DNA of 64,000 nucleotides from Prochlorococcaceae cyanobacterium (GTDB lineage Bacteria; Cyanobacteriota; Cyanobacteriia; PCC-6307; Cyanobiaceae): NCBI GenBank assembly GCA_044375975.1, contig JBILLQ010000006.1, positions 1,901 to 65,900 of the forward strand, read 5' to 3'. Shown piece by piece: positions 56,520 to 64,000 of this stretch (position 1 is its first letter; each line of letters starts with the position of its first letter). The notes under the pieces were generated by a model. It saw only the letters and a program-made list of their open reading frames with translations, ran no database searches and was not told where the DNA came from. The position numbers and the translations under genes were made by a program.

Positions 56520-56825
56520 ATGGATAATCTGGGCTTCACATATCAGTTGAGGCTGGCCCAAATCGCAAAGCAGCACTGTGATTTCGATCAGCTGCTCTGG
56601 GATCTGAGGGCCCGCAACGGCACAGGCTCCATCCGCGAGCGCTGGATCGGCGCCAGCTGGATCATTGAACTGGTGTCTTCAGCCAAACGTGACGGCAAGC
56701 CATTCCGCCACGTCCACCACTTCATCACCACGATGCGTACCAGCAGCCAAGCCCTGCTGCGCCTTGGGCGACAGCGCTGGGCAATCGACAACGAGAGCGT
56801 GATCCAGGCGCTGGAGAGGGATTAA
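56520..56825 (+). pseudogene. ISAs1/IS4-type DDE transposase C-terminal remnant
   Basis: ..HVHHFITTMRTSSQALLRLGRQRWAIDNESV.. matches the RYYISSL...a..ll..vR.HW.IEN motif and is truncated afterwards. Possible further decayed pieces lie at 56285-56520 (..LAKGCQ..). Confidence 0.6.
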
Positions 56826-57016
56826 CGAAACTTCAGTTTGCCCTGGCGGCCGGAGTGCACTGGCTGGTCACCAGCCCTCAGCCCCTCAGTCCCCAGCCTG
56901 CCCAGCCCCCAGCCTGCCCAGCCCCCAGTCAGCCACCCGCCACCCGCCGCTGGGCTAAGGGGCGCAGGTTGCGAGGTAGGGTCGAAAGAGGAACTGTGTA
57001 GTAAGGGATAAGCCGT

Positions 57017-58381
57017 TTGGCGCTTCCGGTCGTAGCCATCATTGGCCGCCCCAACGTGGGCAAGTCCACCCTGGTCAACCGACTCTGCCGCAGCCGAGAG
57101 GCGATCGTGCATGACGAGCCCGGGGTGACCCGCGATCGCACCTACCAGGAGGGCTTCTGGGGGGATCGCACCTTCATGGTGGTGGACACCGGCGGTCTGG
57201 TGTTCGACGACGACAGTGAGTTCCTGCCGGAGATCCGCGAGCAGGCCAACCTGGCCCTGGCGGAGGCCTCCGTGGCCGTGGTGATCGTCGATGGCCAGCA
57301 GGGGCTCACCCCCGCCGACCAGGGGATCGCCGATTGGCTGCGCAGCCAGAAGGTGCCGGTGTTGCTGGCGGTGAATAAGTGCGAGTCGCCCGAGCAGGGC
57401 CTGGCGATGGCCGGCGAGTTCTGGCGCCTGGGCCTGGGGGAGCCCCACCCTGTTTCCGCCATCCATGGCGCCGGCACCGGCGACCTGCTCGACAAGGTGA
57501 TCGGCTTCCTGCCGGCCGTGGAGCAACTGGATGGGGAGGAGCCGATCCAGCTGGCGATCATCGGCCGCCCCAACGTGGGTAAGTCGAGTTTGCTGAATGC
57601 GGTTTGTGGCGAGAAGCGGGCGATTGTCAGCCCAATTCGCGGTACCACCCGCGACACGATCGACACCACCTTGGAGCGGGAGGGCAAGACCTGGAAGCTG
57701 CTGGACACCGCCGGCATCCGCCGCCGCCGCTCGGTGAATTATGGCCCCGAATTTTTTGGCATCAACCGCAGCTTCAAGGCGATCGAGCGCTCCGATGTCT
57801 GCGTGCTGGTGATCGATGCCTTAGACGGCGTCACCGAGCAGGATCAACGCTTGGCCGGCCGGATTGAAGAGGATGGCCGCGCCTGTGTGGTGGTGGTGAA
57901 CAAGTGGGACGCGATTGAAAAAGACAGCCACACCATGCCGGCGATGGAGCGGGAGCTGCGGGCCAAGCTCTATTTCCTCGATTGGGCGCCGATGCTGTTC
58001 ACTTCAGCCCTCAGCGGCCAGCGGGTGCAGGCGATCTTTCCCCTGGCGCTGTTGGCGGTGGAACAGCACCGCCGCCGGGTGACCACCTCGGTGGTCAACG
58101 AGGTGCTCAAGGAGGCCCTCAGTTGGCGCACGCCCCCCTCCAGCCGCGGCGGTCGCCAGGGGCGGCTCTATTACGGCACCCAGGTGTCCGTGCGCCCGCC
58201 CAGCTTCACCCTGTTCGTGAATGATCCAAAATTGTTCGGCGACACCTACCGCCGCTACGTGGAGCGGCAGATCCGCGAGGGACTGGGCTTTGAGGGCACG
58301 CCCGTGCGGCTGTTCTGGCGGGGTAAACAGGAGCGGGATGCGGAAAAGGAGCTGGAGCGTCAACAGCACCGTGCCCGCTGA
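57017..58381 (+). CDS. der: Ribosome-associated GTPase Der (EngA)
   Basis: Two G domains ([16 protein letters not shown] and [16 protein letters not shown]) plus a KH-like C-terminus. TTG start. Confidence 0.95.
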   Translation: MALPVVAIIGRPNVGKSTLVNRLCRSREAIVHDEPGVTRDRTYQEGFWGDRTFMVVDTGGLVFDDDSEFLPEIREQANLALAEASVAVVIVDGQQGLTPADQGIADWLRSQKVPVLLAVNKCESPEQGLAMAGEFWRLGLGEPHPVSAIHGAGTGDLLDKVIGFLPAVEQLDGEEPIQLAIIGRPNVGKSSLLNAVCGEKRAIVSPIRGTTRDTIDTTLEREGKTWKLLDTAGIRRRRSVNYGPEFFGINRSFKAIERSDVCVLVIDALDGVTEQDQRLAGRIEEDGRACVVVVNKWDAIEKDSHTMPAMERELRAKLYFLDWAPMLFTSALSGQRVQAIFPLALLAVEQHRRRVTTSVVNEVLKEALSWRTPPSSRGGRQGRLYYGTQVSVRPPSFTLFVNDPKLFGDTYRRYVERQIREGLGFEGTPVRLFWRGKQERDAEKELERQQHRAR

Positions 58382-58403
58382 ATTCCAGCCGCAGGTGTTC
58401 TGA

Positions 58404-59327
58404 ATGGACTGGCTGCGTCAGCTGCCGATCGGCCAGTACGTGGCCGAGCAGCAGGGCGGTGGTTCCTGGCTGTGGCGCCTTGATTCGCGCCTGAAGCTGC
58501 TCTGGACCCTGGCCTTTTTGCTCAGCCCGATTTTGGCGGGCTCCAGCTGGCGGCTGCTGCTGGTGCTGCTGCTGCTCTGCATCACCCTCGGCAGCGGCAT
58601 GCCCTCGGGGCTGTGGCGCCGCAGCCTGCCGTTGCTGCTGGGCCTGTGCCTGTTGCTGGGGGGGCTGGCGGCCACCCTGCCGGTGCGGGAGCTGCCGGCG
58701 GCGCCGCTGCAGCGGCCACCCCAGGAGTTGCTGCTGCTGCCGGTGCCGGCCGGTAGCCCGGCTCCAGAGCAGGCTGGGGCCCGCTGGGAGCTGCTGAATC
58801 TGGGGCCGCTGCTGATCACCAGGCGGTCGGCGGAGCTGGGCATCAACAGCGCCACCCTGCTGTTCACCCTGGTTCAAAGCGCCAATTTGATGCTGTTGTC
58901 CACCGCCCCGGAGGATCTGGTCTGGGCGATCAGCTGGATGTTCGCCCCCCTGGCGCGGCTGGGCTGGCCTGTGGAGCGGTTGGGCTTCACGCTGCTGCTG
59001 TCGCTGCGGTTTCTGCCGCTGGTGCAGGAGGAGCTGCAAAACCTGTTGCGGGCCCTGGCCACCCGGGCGGTGAACCTGCGCCGCCTGGGCTGGAAGGCCA
59101 GCTTTGCGCTGGTGCTGGCCCTGGGGGAGCGGCTGCTGGCCAACCTGCTGCTGCGGGCCGAACAGGGGGCGGAAGCCCTGATGGCCCGGGGCGGTTGCTG
59201 GCTGCCGGTGGATCGGTTGCACGCCCGGCCCTCGCCGCTTGCGGCGGGCGATCGCTGGGGCAATGCCCTGGCGGCGATCCTGCTGCTGGCCCTGTGGGGA
59301 CTGCGCTGGAATGTCGGTGCTCTTTAA
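58404..59327 (+). CDS. cbiQ: ECF/cobalt transporter transmembrane component (CbiQ/EcfT family)
   Basis: 307-aa polytopic membrane protein. ..LDSRLKLLWTLAFLL.. and ..LATRAVNLRR.. resemble CbiQ family motifs. Confidence 0.7.
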   Translation: MDWLRQLPIGQYVAEQQGGGSWLWRLDSRLKLLWTLAFLLSPILAGSSWRLLLVLLLLCITLGSGMPSGLWRRSLPLLLGLCLLLGGLAATLPVRELPAAPLQRPPQELLLLPVPAGSPAPEQAGARWELLNLGPLLITRRSAELGINSATLLFTLVQSANLMLLSTAPEDLVWAISWMFAPLARLGWPVERLGFTLLLSLRFLPLVQEELQNLLRALATRAVNLRRLGWKASFALVLALGERLLANLLLRAEQGAEALMARGGCWLPVDRLHARPSPLAAGDRWGNALAAILLLALWGLRWNVGAL

Positions 59328-59350
59328 TACGTTTCAGAACGCAGCCCTTC

Positions 59351-59617
59351 GTGAGCGCAGAGCGATACCTCACCCACCCCACCTTCGGGATGCTCTATCG
59401 AGTGTCCCCGGTGGGAGAAGCGCGTGATCTCTACGCCACGCTCTACGCCCAAAGGATTTTCTTCCTGGTGACGATCCAGCCCCGGGGCGCCACCTTTGAG
59501 GTGATCCCCTTGATGGATGCCCGCCACTACGCCGAACAAAATTTGGCCCGCTCGCGGCGCGATGGCCCTGAAACCCTGAAGCGCTGGCGGGATCTGTTCG
59601 ACCAAACCTTCATCTGA
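59351..59617 (+). CDS. pipX: PII-interacting protein PipX
   Basis: The GTG start gives (M)SAERYLTHPTFGMLYRVSPVGEARDLYATLYAQRIFFLVT.., a clear PipX signature. Confidence 0.9.
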   Translation: MSAERYLTHPTFGMLYRVSPVGEARDLYATLYAQRIFFLVTIQPRGATFEVIPLMDARHYAEQNLARSRRDGPETLKRWRDLFDQTFI

Positions 59618-59626
59618 GCTGCTTAG

Positions 59627-60343
59627 GTGGCTGACCAGGCCGTTCCAGAACCCGCATCCCCGCAGGCCGCCGCCCCAGAGGCCGTCTGCATAGCTGAGCG
59701 GCTGCGGGCCCTGGGCCTGGCCCTGCCCGCCAGCACGCGCTTACTGGCGGTGAGTAAGGGTCAATCCGCCGAGCGGATGCGCGAGGCGGTGCTGGCGGGC
59801 CAGCGCAGCTTTGGCGAAAGCCGCCTCCAGGAGGCCAGCGCCAAGCAGCTGCAGTTGCTGGATCTAGGGCCGCTCGATTGGCACTTCATCGGCCGGCTGC
59901 AGGCCAACAAGGCCAGGGCTGTGCTGCGCCAGTTCACCACCATCCATTCCGTGGATTCCCAGGAGCTGGCCCGCCGCCTCGCCCGCATCGCCGCCGAGGA
60001 GCGGCTGGAGCCCCGGGTGTTTTTTCAGGTGAAGCTGCGGCCGGATCCGGCAAAGGGGGGCTTTGAGCCCCAGGAGCTGCTGCGCCATTGGCCAGAACTG
60101 CAGTCGCTGGAGCCCTTGCGGCCCCTGGGCCTGATGACGATTGCGCCCCTAGGTTTGCAGGCCGCGGACCGACTGGCATTGTTTCAAGAATGTGCCGCCC
60201 TGGCCGGCCGGCTGGGCTTGGCCGAACTGTCGATGGGCATGAGCGGCGACTGGCGAGAAGCGGCAGCTGCCGGCAGCACCTGGGTGCGGATCGGCAGCGG
60301 TCTGTTCGGAAACCGCAGCCCTTTAGCGCCGCTTGAGCCTTAG
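59627..60343 (+). CDS. pipY: PLP-binding protein YggS/PLPBP family (PipY)
   Basis: ..LLAVSKGQS.., ..FGESRLQEA.., ..HFIGRLQANKAR.. and ..LSMGMSGD.. are COG0325 motifs. It lies 9 nt after pipX. Confidence 0.9.
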   Translation: MADQAVPEPASPQAAAPEAVCIAERLRALGLALPASTRLLAVSKGQSAERMREAVLAGQRSFGESRLQEASAKQLQLLDLGPLDWHFIGRLQANKARAVLRQFTTIHSVDSQELARRLARIAAEERLEPRVFFQVKLRPDPAKGGFEPQELLRHWPELQSLEPLRPLGLMTIAPLGLQAADRLALFQECAALAGRLGLAELSMGMSGDWREAAAAGSTWVRIGSGLFGNRSPLAPLEP

Positions 60344-60466
60344 GGCAGATTCAGCTTTGGCGCAGATCGAGCCCTAGGGCAGATCGAGCCTTGGCCCAGA
60401 TCTAGCCCTGGCGCCGCTTCAGCCTTAGTCCAGATCCAGCTGTAGGGCAGCGTGAGCATTAGAGCA
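60331..60466. repeat. 17-bp x8 tandem array starting in the last codons of pipY
   Basis: Units are gcttgagccttagggca / gattcagctttggcgca / gatcgagccctagggca / gatcgagccttggccca / gatctagccctggcgcc / gcttcagccttagtcca / gatccagctgtagggca / gcgtgagcattagagca. Confidence 0.8.
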
Positions 60467-60650
60467 GGTTGATCCTCTGCGCGGATTTTTTAGAGCCAGC
60501 CCCAGTGGTCATTAGAGCCAAGCCCCCGTGATTAATGCCTAGCCCCGGCCCCCACGGTCATGGCATCCATATAGGCGGCGGTTCCTGCAGCTCTTGCAGA
60601 CCCTGGCATGGGACGCTATTTAAGTGCAAAGCCTTTTTGAGGAACGCTCC

Positions 60651-61223
60651 GTGTCGTTGTTCTCCCGCCTGCGTGCCGTCGTCTCTGGCGATGACTATCG
60701 CGACGGTGAGTACGACGACGAGCTCGATTACGACGGCGGCGAGCTGCCCCAAACCACCGCCAGCACTAGCGCTACCGCTAGTCGCGCCAGTGCCATGGCT
60801 CTGACCAGCAGCTTTGCGGTTGATGACCCCTTCGCCGGCACCAACGTGATCGGCATGCCAGGTCTGCCCTCCTCGGCCGCGGAGGTCACCTTGATGGAGC
60901 CCCGCAGCTTTGATGAGATGCCCCGCGCCATCCAGGCCCTGCGGGAGCGCAAGACGGTGATCCTCAACCTCACGATGATGGAACCGGATCAGGCCCAGCG
61001 GGCCGTCGATTTTGTGGCCGGCGGCACTTTTGCCATCGATGGCCACCAGGAGCGGGTGGGCGAGAGCATCTTCCTGTTCGCCCCCAGCTGCGTCACCGTC
61101 ACCACCGCCGTCAGTGAGGAGGTGTCCACCTCCACCGCCACCACCGTGAGCCGCGAGCTGGGCGACCAGCAGCAGGCAGCTCCCAGCCCCGCTTGGGGCC
61201 GCCACCAGGACACCGCCATCTGA
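60651..61223 (+). CDS. sepF: Cell division protein SepF
   Basis: The GTG start gives (M)[10 protein letters not shown]... The C-terminal core is ..[47 protein letters not shown]... Confidence 0.9.
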   Translation: MSLFSRLRAVVSGDDYRDGEYDDELDYDGGELPQTTASTSATASRASAMALTSSFAVDDPFAGTNVIGMPGLPSSAAEVTLMEPRSFDEMPRAIQALRERKTVILNLTMMEPDQAQRAVDFVAGGTFAIDGHQERVGESIFLFAPSCVTVTTAVSEEVSTSTATTVSRELGDQQQAAPSPAWGRHQDTAI

Positions 61224-61263
61224 TTTAAGCCATTCGATTTAAGCCATTCCTTTTCAGCCATTC
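61222..61263. repeat. 14-bp x3 tandem repeat filling the sepF-proC spacer
   Basis: Units are gatttaagccattc / gatttaagccattc / cttttcagccattc. Confidence 0.8.
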
Positions 61264-61264
61264 C

Positions 61265-62122
61265 TTGAGCTCAACATCAACCTCGACGGCAACCTCGACG
61301 GGAACGGCGACGGCCAGCTTCGGAGTGGTGGGCCTGGGCCGCATGGCCCAGGCTCTGCTGTTGCCGTTGATTGAGTGCGGTCAGCTGTCGCGCCAGGCGG
61401 TGCGGGCCGTGGTTGGCAGCGCCGCTTCGGCCGATCGCCTGGCCCAGGCCCACAACCTGGCGGTGGGCACCGATCCAGCTCCCGCCTGGCAGGCGCCGGT
61501 GGTGCTGCTGGCCGTGAAGCCCCAGCAACTGGCGGCTGCGGCCGCCGCCGCCGGCGCTGCCGCCCTGGACGGGCCCCCCGGCGGCGAAGGCGGTTTGCTT
61601 ATTTCTGTATTGGCCGGCGTGAGCTTGGACCGCCTGGCGCTGTTGTTTCCCGGTTGGCGCTGCGTGCGCGCCGTGCCCAATACGCCGGCCCTGGTGCGCA
61701 GCGCCCTAACCGGCCTGGCCTTTGCCCCGGCGGTGGGCCCCCAGGAGCGCCAGCGGGTGGCAGAGCTCTTCTCCCGGGTGGGGGAGGTGCATGAGCTGCC
61801 CGAAAGCCAGCTGGATGCCTTTTTGGCCCTCACCTCCTCCGGCCCGGCCTTTGTGGCCCTGGTGGCGGAGGCGATGGCGGATGGAGCCGTGGCCGTTGGT
61901 CTGCCGCGCCAGCTGGCCCATCACCTGGCCCACCGCACCCTGGCGGGCACGGCGGCGCTTTTATTTGAGCGGGAATTGCATCCCGGAGCCCTCAAGGACA
62001 TGGTGAGCAGCCCTGCTGGCACCACCATCGCCGGCCTGCGTCAGCTGGAGCGGCTCGGCCTGCGCTCGGCCCTGATCGAGGCGGTGGTGGCCGCCGCCGA
62101 GCGCAGTCGCGAGCTGGCCTGA
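61265..62122 (+). CDS. proC: Pyrroline-5-carboxylate reductase
   Basis: ..FGVVGLGRMAQALL.., ..LLAVKPQQL.. and ..VSSPAGTTIAGL.. are ProC motifs. The Ser/Thr-rich N-terminal leader may be upstream of the true start. Confidence 0.9.
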   Translation: MSSTSTSTATSTGTATASFGVVGLGRMAQALLLPLIECGQLSRQAVRAVVGSAASADRLAQAHNLAVGTDPAPAWQAPVVLLAVKPQQLAAAAAAAGAAALDGPPGGEGGLLISVLAGVSLDRLALLFPGWRCVRAVPNTPALVRSALTGLAFAPAVGPQERQRVAELFSRVGEVHELPESQLDAFLALTSSGPAFVALVAEAMADGAVAVGLPRQLAHHLAHRTLAGTAALLFERELHPGALKDMVSSPAGTTIAGLRQLERLGLRSALIEAVVAAAERSRELA

Positions 62123-62172
62123 TCAGCCCTTGGCTATTACTCAGAGCCCCCCTGGAGCACTATTTGCCCTGG

Positions 62173-62829
62173 CTAGCTCTTGGGCTCGACCTGTTTGGGC
62201 TGGCCCAGTTTCGGTTCGGTGCCGGCCAGCAGGCGTTCGAGATTGCTGCGGTGCCGCCAGATCACCAGGGCTGAGGTGAGCAGCGCCAGGGCGAGATAGG
62301 GCCAGCGCAGCCCCATCCCATTGCTGGCGAACCAGCCCAGCATCAGCAGGGGCAGGCAGATGGCGGCCACGGTGCTGGACAGCGACACGATGCGGCTGGC
62401 GCTGAGCACGGTCAGAAAGATCCCGAAGCAGGCCAGGCCCACGCTCCAGGTGAGCCCCAGCAGCATGCCCAGGCCGGTGGCCACCGCCTTGCCGCCCTTC
62501 CAGCCCAGCCAGATCGGCCAGATGTGGCCGGCCAGGGCCGCCAGGCCCGCCGCCACCACGCCGCTGTCGGTCCAGGGGGTTTGGCCGGCCTGGTAGAGCA
62601 GCGCTTTGGCCAGCAGCACTGCCGCGGCGCCCTTGCCCACGTCGAGCAGGAACACCACCAGGGCGGGGCCCTTGCCCACCACCCGCAGCACATTGGTGGC
62701 CCCAGTGGAGCCGGAGCCCTGCTGGCGAATATCTACGCCCATCAACCAGCGGCCCGCCAGGTAACCGCTGGGGAAGGAGCCGAGCAGGTAGCCGGCGAGA
62801 AGGGTGATCAGGGGTGAAAGGGAGTTCAT
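62173..62829 (-). CDS. plsY: Glycerol-3-phosphate acyltransferase PlsY
   Basis: ..GYLLGSFPSGYLAGRW..DIRQQGSGSTGATNVLR.. is the canonical PlsY signature. Confidence 0.95.
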   Translation of the reverse strand: MNSLSPLITLLAGYLLGSFPSGYLAGRWLMGVDIRQQGSGSTGATNVLRVVGKGPALVVFLLDVGKGAAAVLLAKALLYQAGQTPWTDSGVVAAGLAALAGHIWPIWLGWKGGKAVATGLGMLLGLTWSVGLACFGIFLTVLSASRIVSLSSTVAAICLPLLMLGWFASNGMGLRWPYLALALLTSALVIWRHRSNLERLLAGTEPKLGQPKQVEPKS

Positions 62830-62833
62830 CGGA

Positions 62834-63796
62834 TCAGTCGTAGGCCTCTTCTTGGCTCAATTCGCCCGGGCTGGCGGCGAAGGCCAGCCAGAGCGGGAAC
62901 TGCAGGATCGGCACGTCCACCACCTGTTCGGCGGCGTCCACCAGGATGAAGGGCAGTTCACCTCGCTCCTCCAGCCGGTCGGCCCGCTCGATCAGGGCAT
63001 CGGGGCGCTCGAACAGCACGATGCCGCCGCTGGGGCCAAAGTCTTCTCTGCCCAGCCCCAGGCAGTCCTGCAGGCCCCGACGCCACTCGCCCAGCCGTTC
63101 CGGCTGGCTGGCCAGCACCAGGGTTTGGAAGCGATCGCCGTAGAGCTCCGCCAGCAGGGCGACGGCCGCGGCGGCCAGCAGCACATTGCGATTGCGGCTG
63201 CCGGCGCTGGGCTGGGCACCGCGGCCCCCCTGGCCCAAGAACCAGTCCTCCAGCTGCTGGCCGCCCCTGGCTTCCAGGCTGCGGCGCAGGCGCCAGGGAT
63301 CGGCGTAAAAATCTGGTTGGCCCTGCATCTCGCCGAGGCGCTGGCGAATCAGGGGGGCATCGGCGGCGAACAGGCCGGCGGCCAGCGGTTCAGCCGCAGC
63401 TGCAGGGGCCGGCGGCTCGCTGGCCAGCTGATCCAGGGGCGAGGGCTGCACCAGCAGGGTCTGGGGCACCAGCTGCATCTGTTCGGCGGCCAGGGCCAGA
63501 TCCTGCAGCGCCCCCACCAGATACTCCTGGAATCCCTTAACGCGGCGGGCGACCGCATCAGATTGCCCCGCGAAGCTGCCGCTGATCTCCCGGGCCAGTT
63601 GGTCGCGGCGGGCCTCCAGCTGGGCGATTTCTTGACCGAGGGCCTGCCGCCGCTGGTTCAATTCGCTGAGGGCCAGCTCCAGCAGAGCCTGGCCGCTGGC
63701 TTCGGCCGCCGCGCTGGCTGGAGCGGCAGCTGGCAGCTCGCCAGGGGTGATCGGCTCTGCTCCAGGGGCGCTGGTTGCTGGCGAGACGTCGGTCAT
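62834..63796 (-). CDS. Conserved cyanobacterial coiled-coil protein of unknown function (possibly DUF3086)
   Basis: 320-aa ORF with gene-like codon usage. It has an N-terminal coiled coil (..LNQRRQALGQEIAQLEARRDQLAREI..) and lies 4 nt upstream of plsY. Confidence 0.6.
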   Translation of the reverse strand: MTDVSPATSAPGAEPITPGELPAAAPASAAAEASGQALLELALSELNQRRQALGQEIAQLEARRDQLAREISGSFAGQSDAVARRVKGFQEYLVGALQDLALAAEQMQLVPQTLLVQPSPLDQLASEPPAPAAAAEPLAAGLFAADAPLIRQRLGEMQGQPDFYADPWRLRRSLEARGGQQLEDWFLGQGGRGAQPSAGSRNRNVLLAAAAVALLAELYGDRFQTLVLASQPERLGEWRRGLQDCLGLGREDFGPSGGIVLFERPDALIERADRLEERGELPFILVDAAEQVVDVPILQFPLWLAFAASPGELSQEEAYD

Positions 63797-63830
63797 GGCA
63801 TCGATAGGGACGACATCGATAGGGATGGCT

Positions 63831-63899
63831 TGATCAGGGCAGCTTGATCAGGGCATTTTGATCAGGGCAGTTAGATCGGGCAGCTAGATCAGGGCAGCT
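63831..63899. repeat. 14-bp x5 tandem array (tgatcagggcaNNN) between two minus-strand genes
   Basis: Units are tgatcagggcagct / tgatcagggcattt / tgatcagggcagtt / agatcgggcagct / agatcagggcagct. It is preceded by catcgataggga x2 (63799-63825). The last unit contains the upstream gene's stop codon. Confidence 0.8.
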
Positions 63900-64000
63900 C
63901 GCCGGGGGAGGCCTGGCCGGTTTCCAGCCCGCTCAGGTGGAGCTGGAGTTGCTGGCGCAGGGCGTCGGCATCGAACAGCATTGGCAACAGGTGGATGCTG
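63889..64000 (-). CDS. 3' end of an unidentified gene (runs off the window end)
   Basis: The reverse frame reads ..SIHLLPMLFDADALRQQLQLHLSGLETGQASPGELP* with GC-rich third positions. Confidence 0.4.
   Translation of the reverse strand, partial: SIHLLPMLFDADALRQQLQLHLSGLETGQASPGELP

Noticed and set aside
49499-63899. Whether the short tandem arrays (13, 14, 17 bp) could be CRISPR arrays.
   Set aside because: The units are directly contiguous with no unique spacers, are far shorter than CRISPR repeats, and no cas genes are present.

Overview
This is a high-GC picocyanobacterial chromosome segment (Synechococcus/Cyanobium-like). Evidence: psaE, pipX-pipY, a tRNA-Tyr/tRNA-Thr pair and HIP1 GCGATCGC palindromes. 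Family names below come from motif recognition by eye and memory of Pfam/TIGRFAM; none was verified by search.

Ordinary housekeeping genes: mtnBC, mutM, psaE, recQ, ALDH, aroQ, miaE, mtnD, cobI, a GT2 synthase, dus, der, cbiQ, pipX/pipY, sepF, proC, plsY.

Three accessory blocks interrupt them:
- (1) 1-7991: a type I R-M operon (hsdR-protease-hsdM-hsdS). A retropepsin-like protease is embedded in it and HsdR carries a DUF4145-like N-terminal fusion. Next to it lie decayed nuclease/helicase/transposase fragments and an orphan AAA ATPase.
- (2) 8057-21799: a prochlorosin-type class II lanthipeptide locus. Gene order is tolC-hlyD-ABC(C39)-ABC-lanM, then three Nif11-leader precursors. The precursors sit in a ~1.09-kb tandem cassette with near-identical leaders/5' regions and unrelated cores. 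Different transposase remnants flank the locus.
- (3) ~43.9-56.8 kb: a compositionally mosaic island. It carries a DUF928-like protein, a CHASE2-nucleotidyl cyclase, a TpsB transporter and a 1286-aa two-partner-secretion passenger ending in an intact CHAT (caspase-like) protease. It also holds a Cys-rich secreted peptide, two unknown beta-rich ORFs with 8-nt homopolymer tracts, and an ISAs1-like remnant.

My best candidate for an undescribed system is the TPS-CHAT/CHASE2-cyclase/DUF928 module. The lanthipeptide cassette is second.

Other observations:
- A tnpA-less IS605-family TnpB element sits 75 nt upstream of a LysM gene.
- Short tandem repeats are pervasive. Periods are multiples of 3 inside genes and 13/14/17 bp in intergenic spacers.
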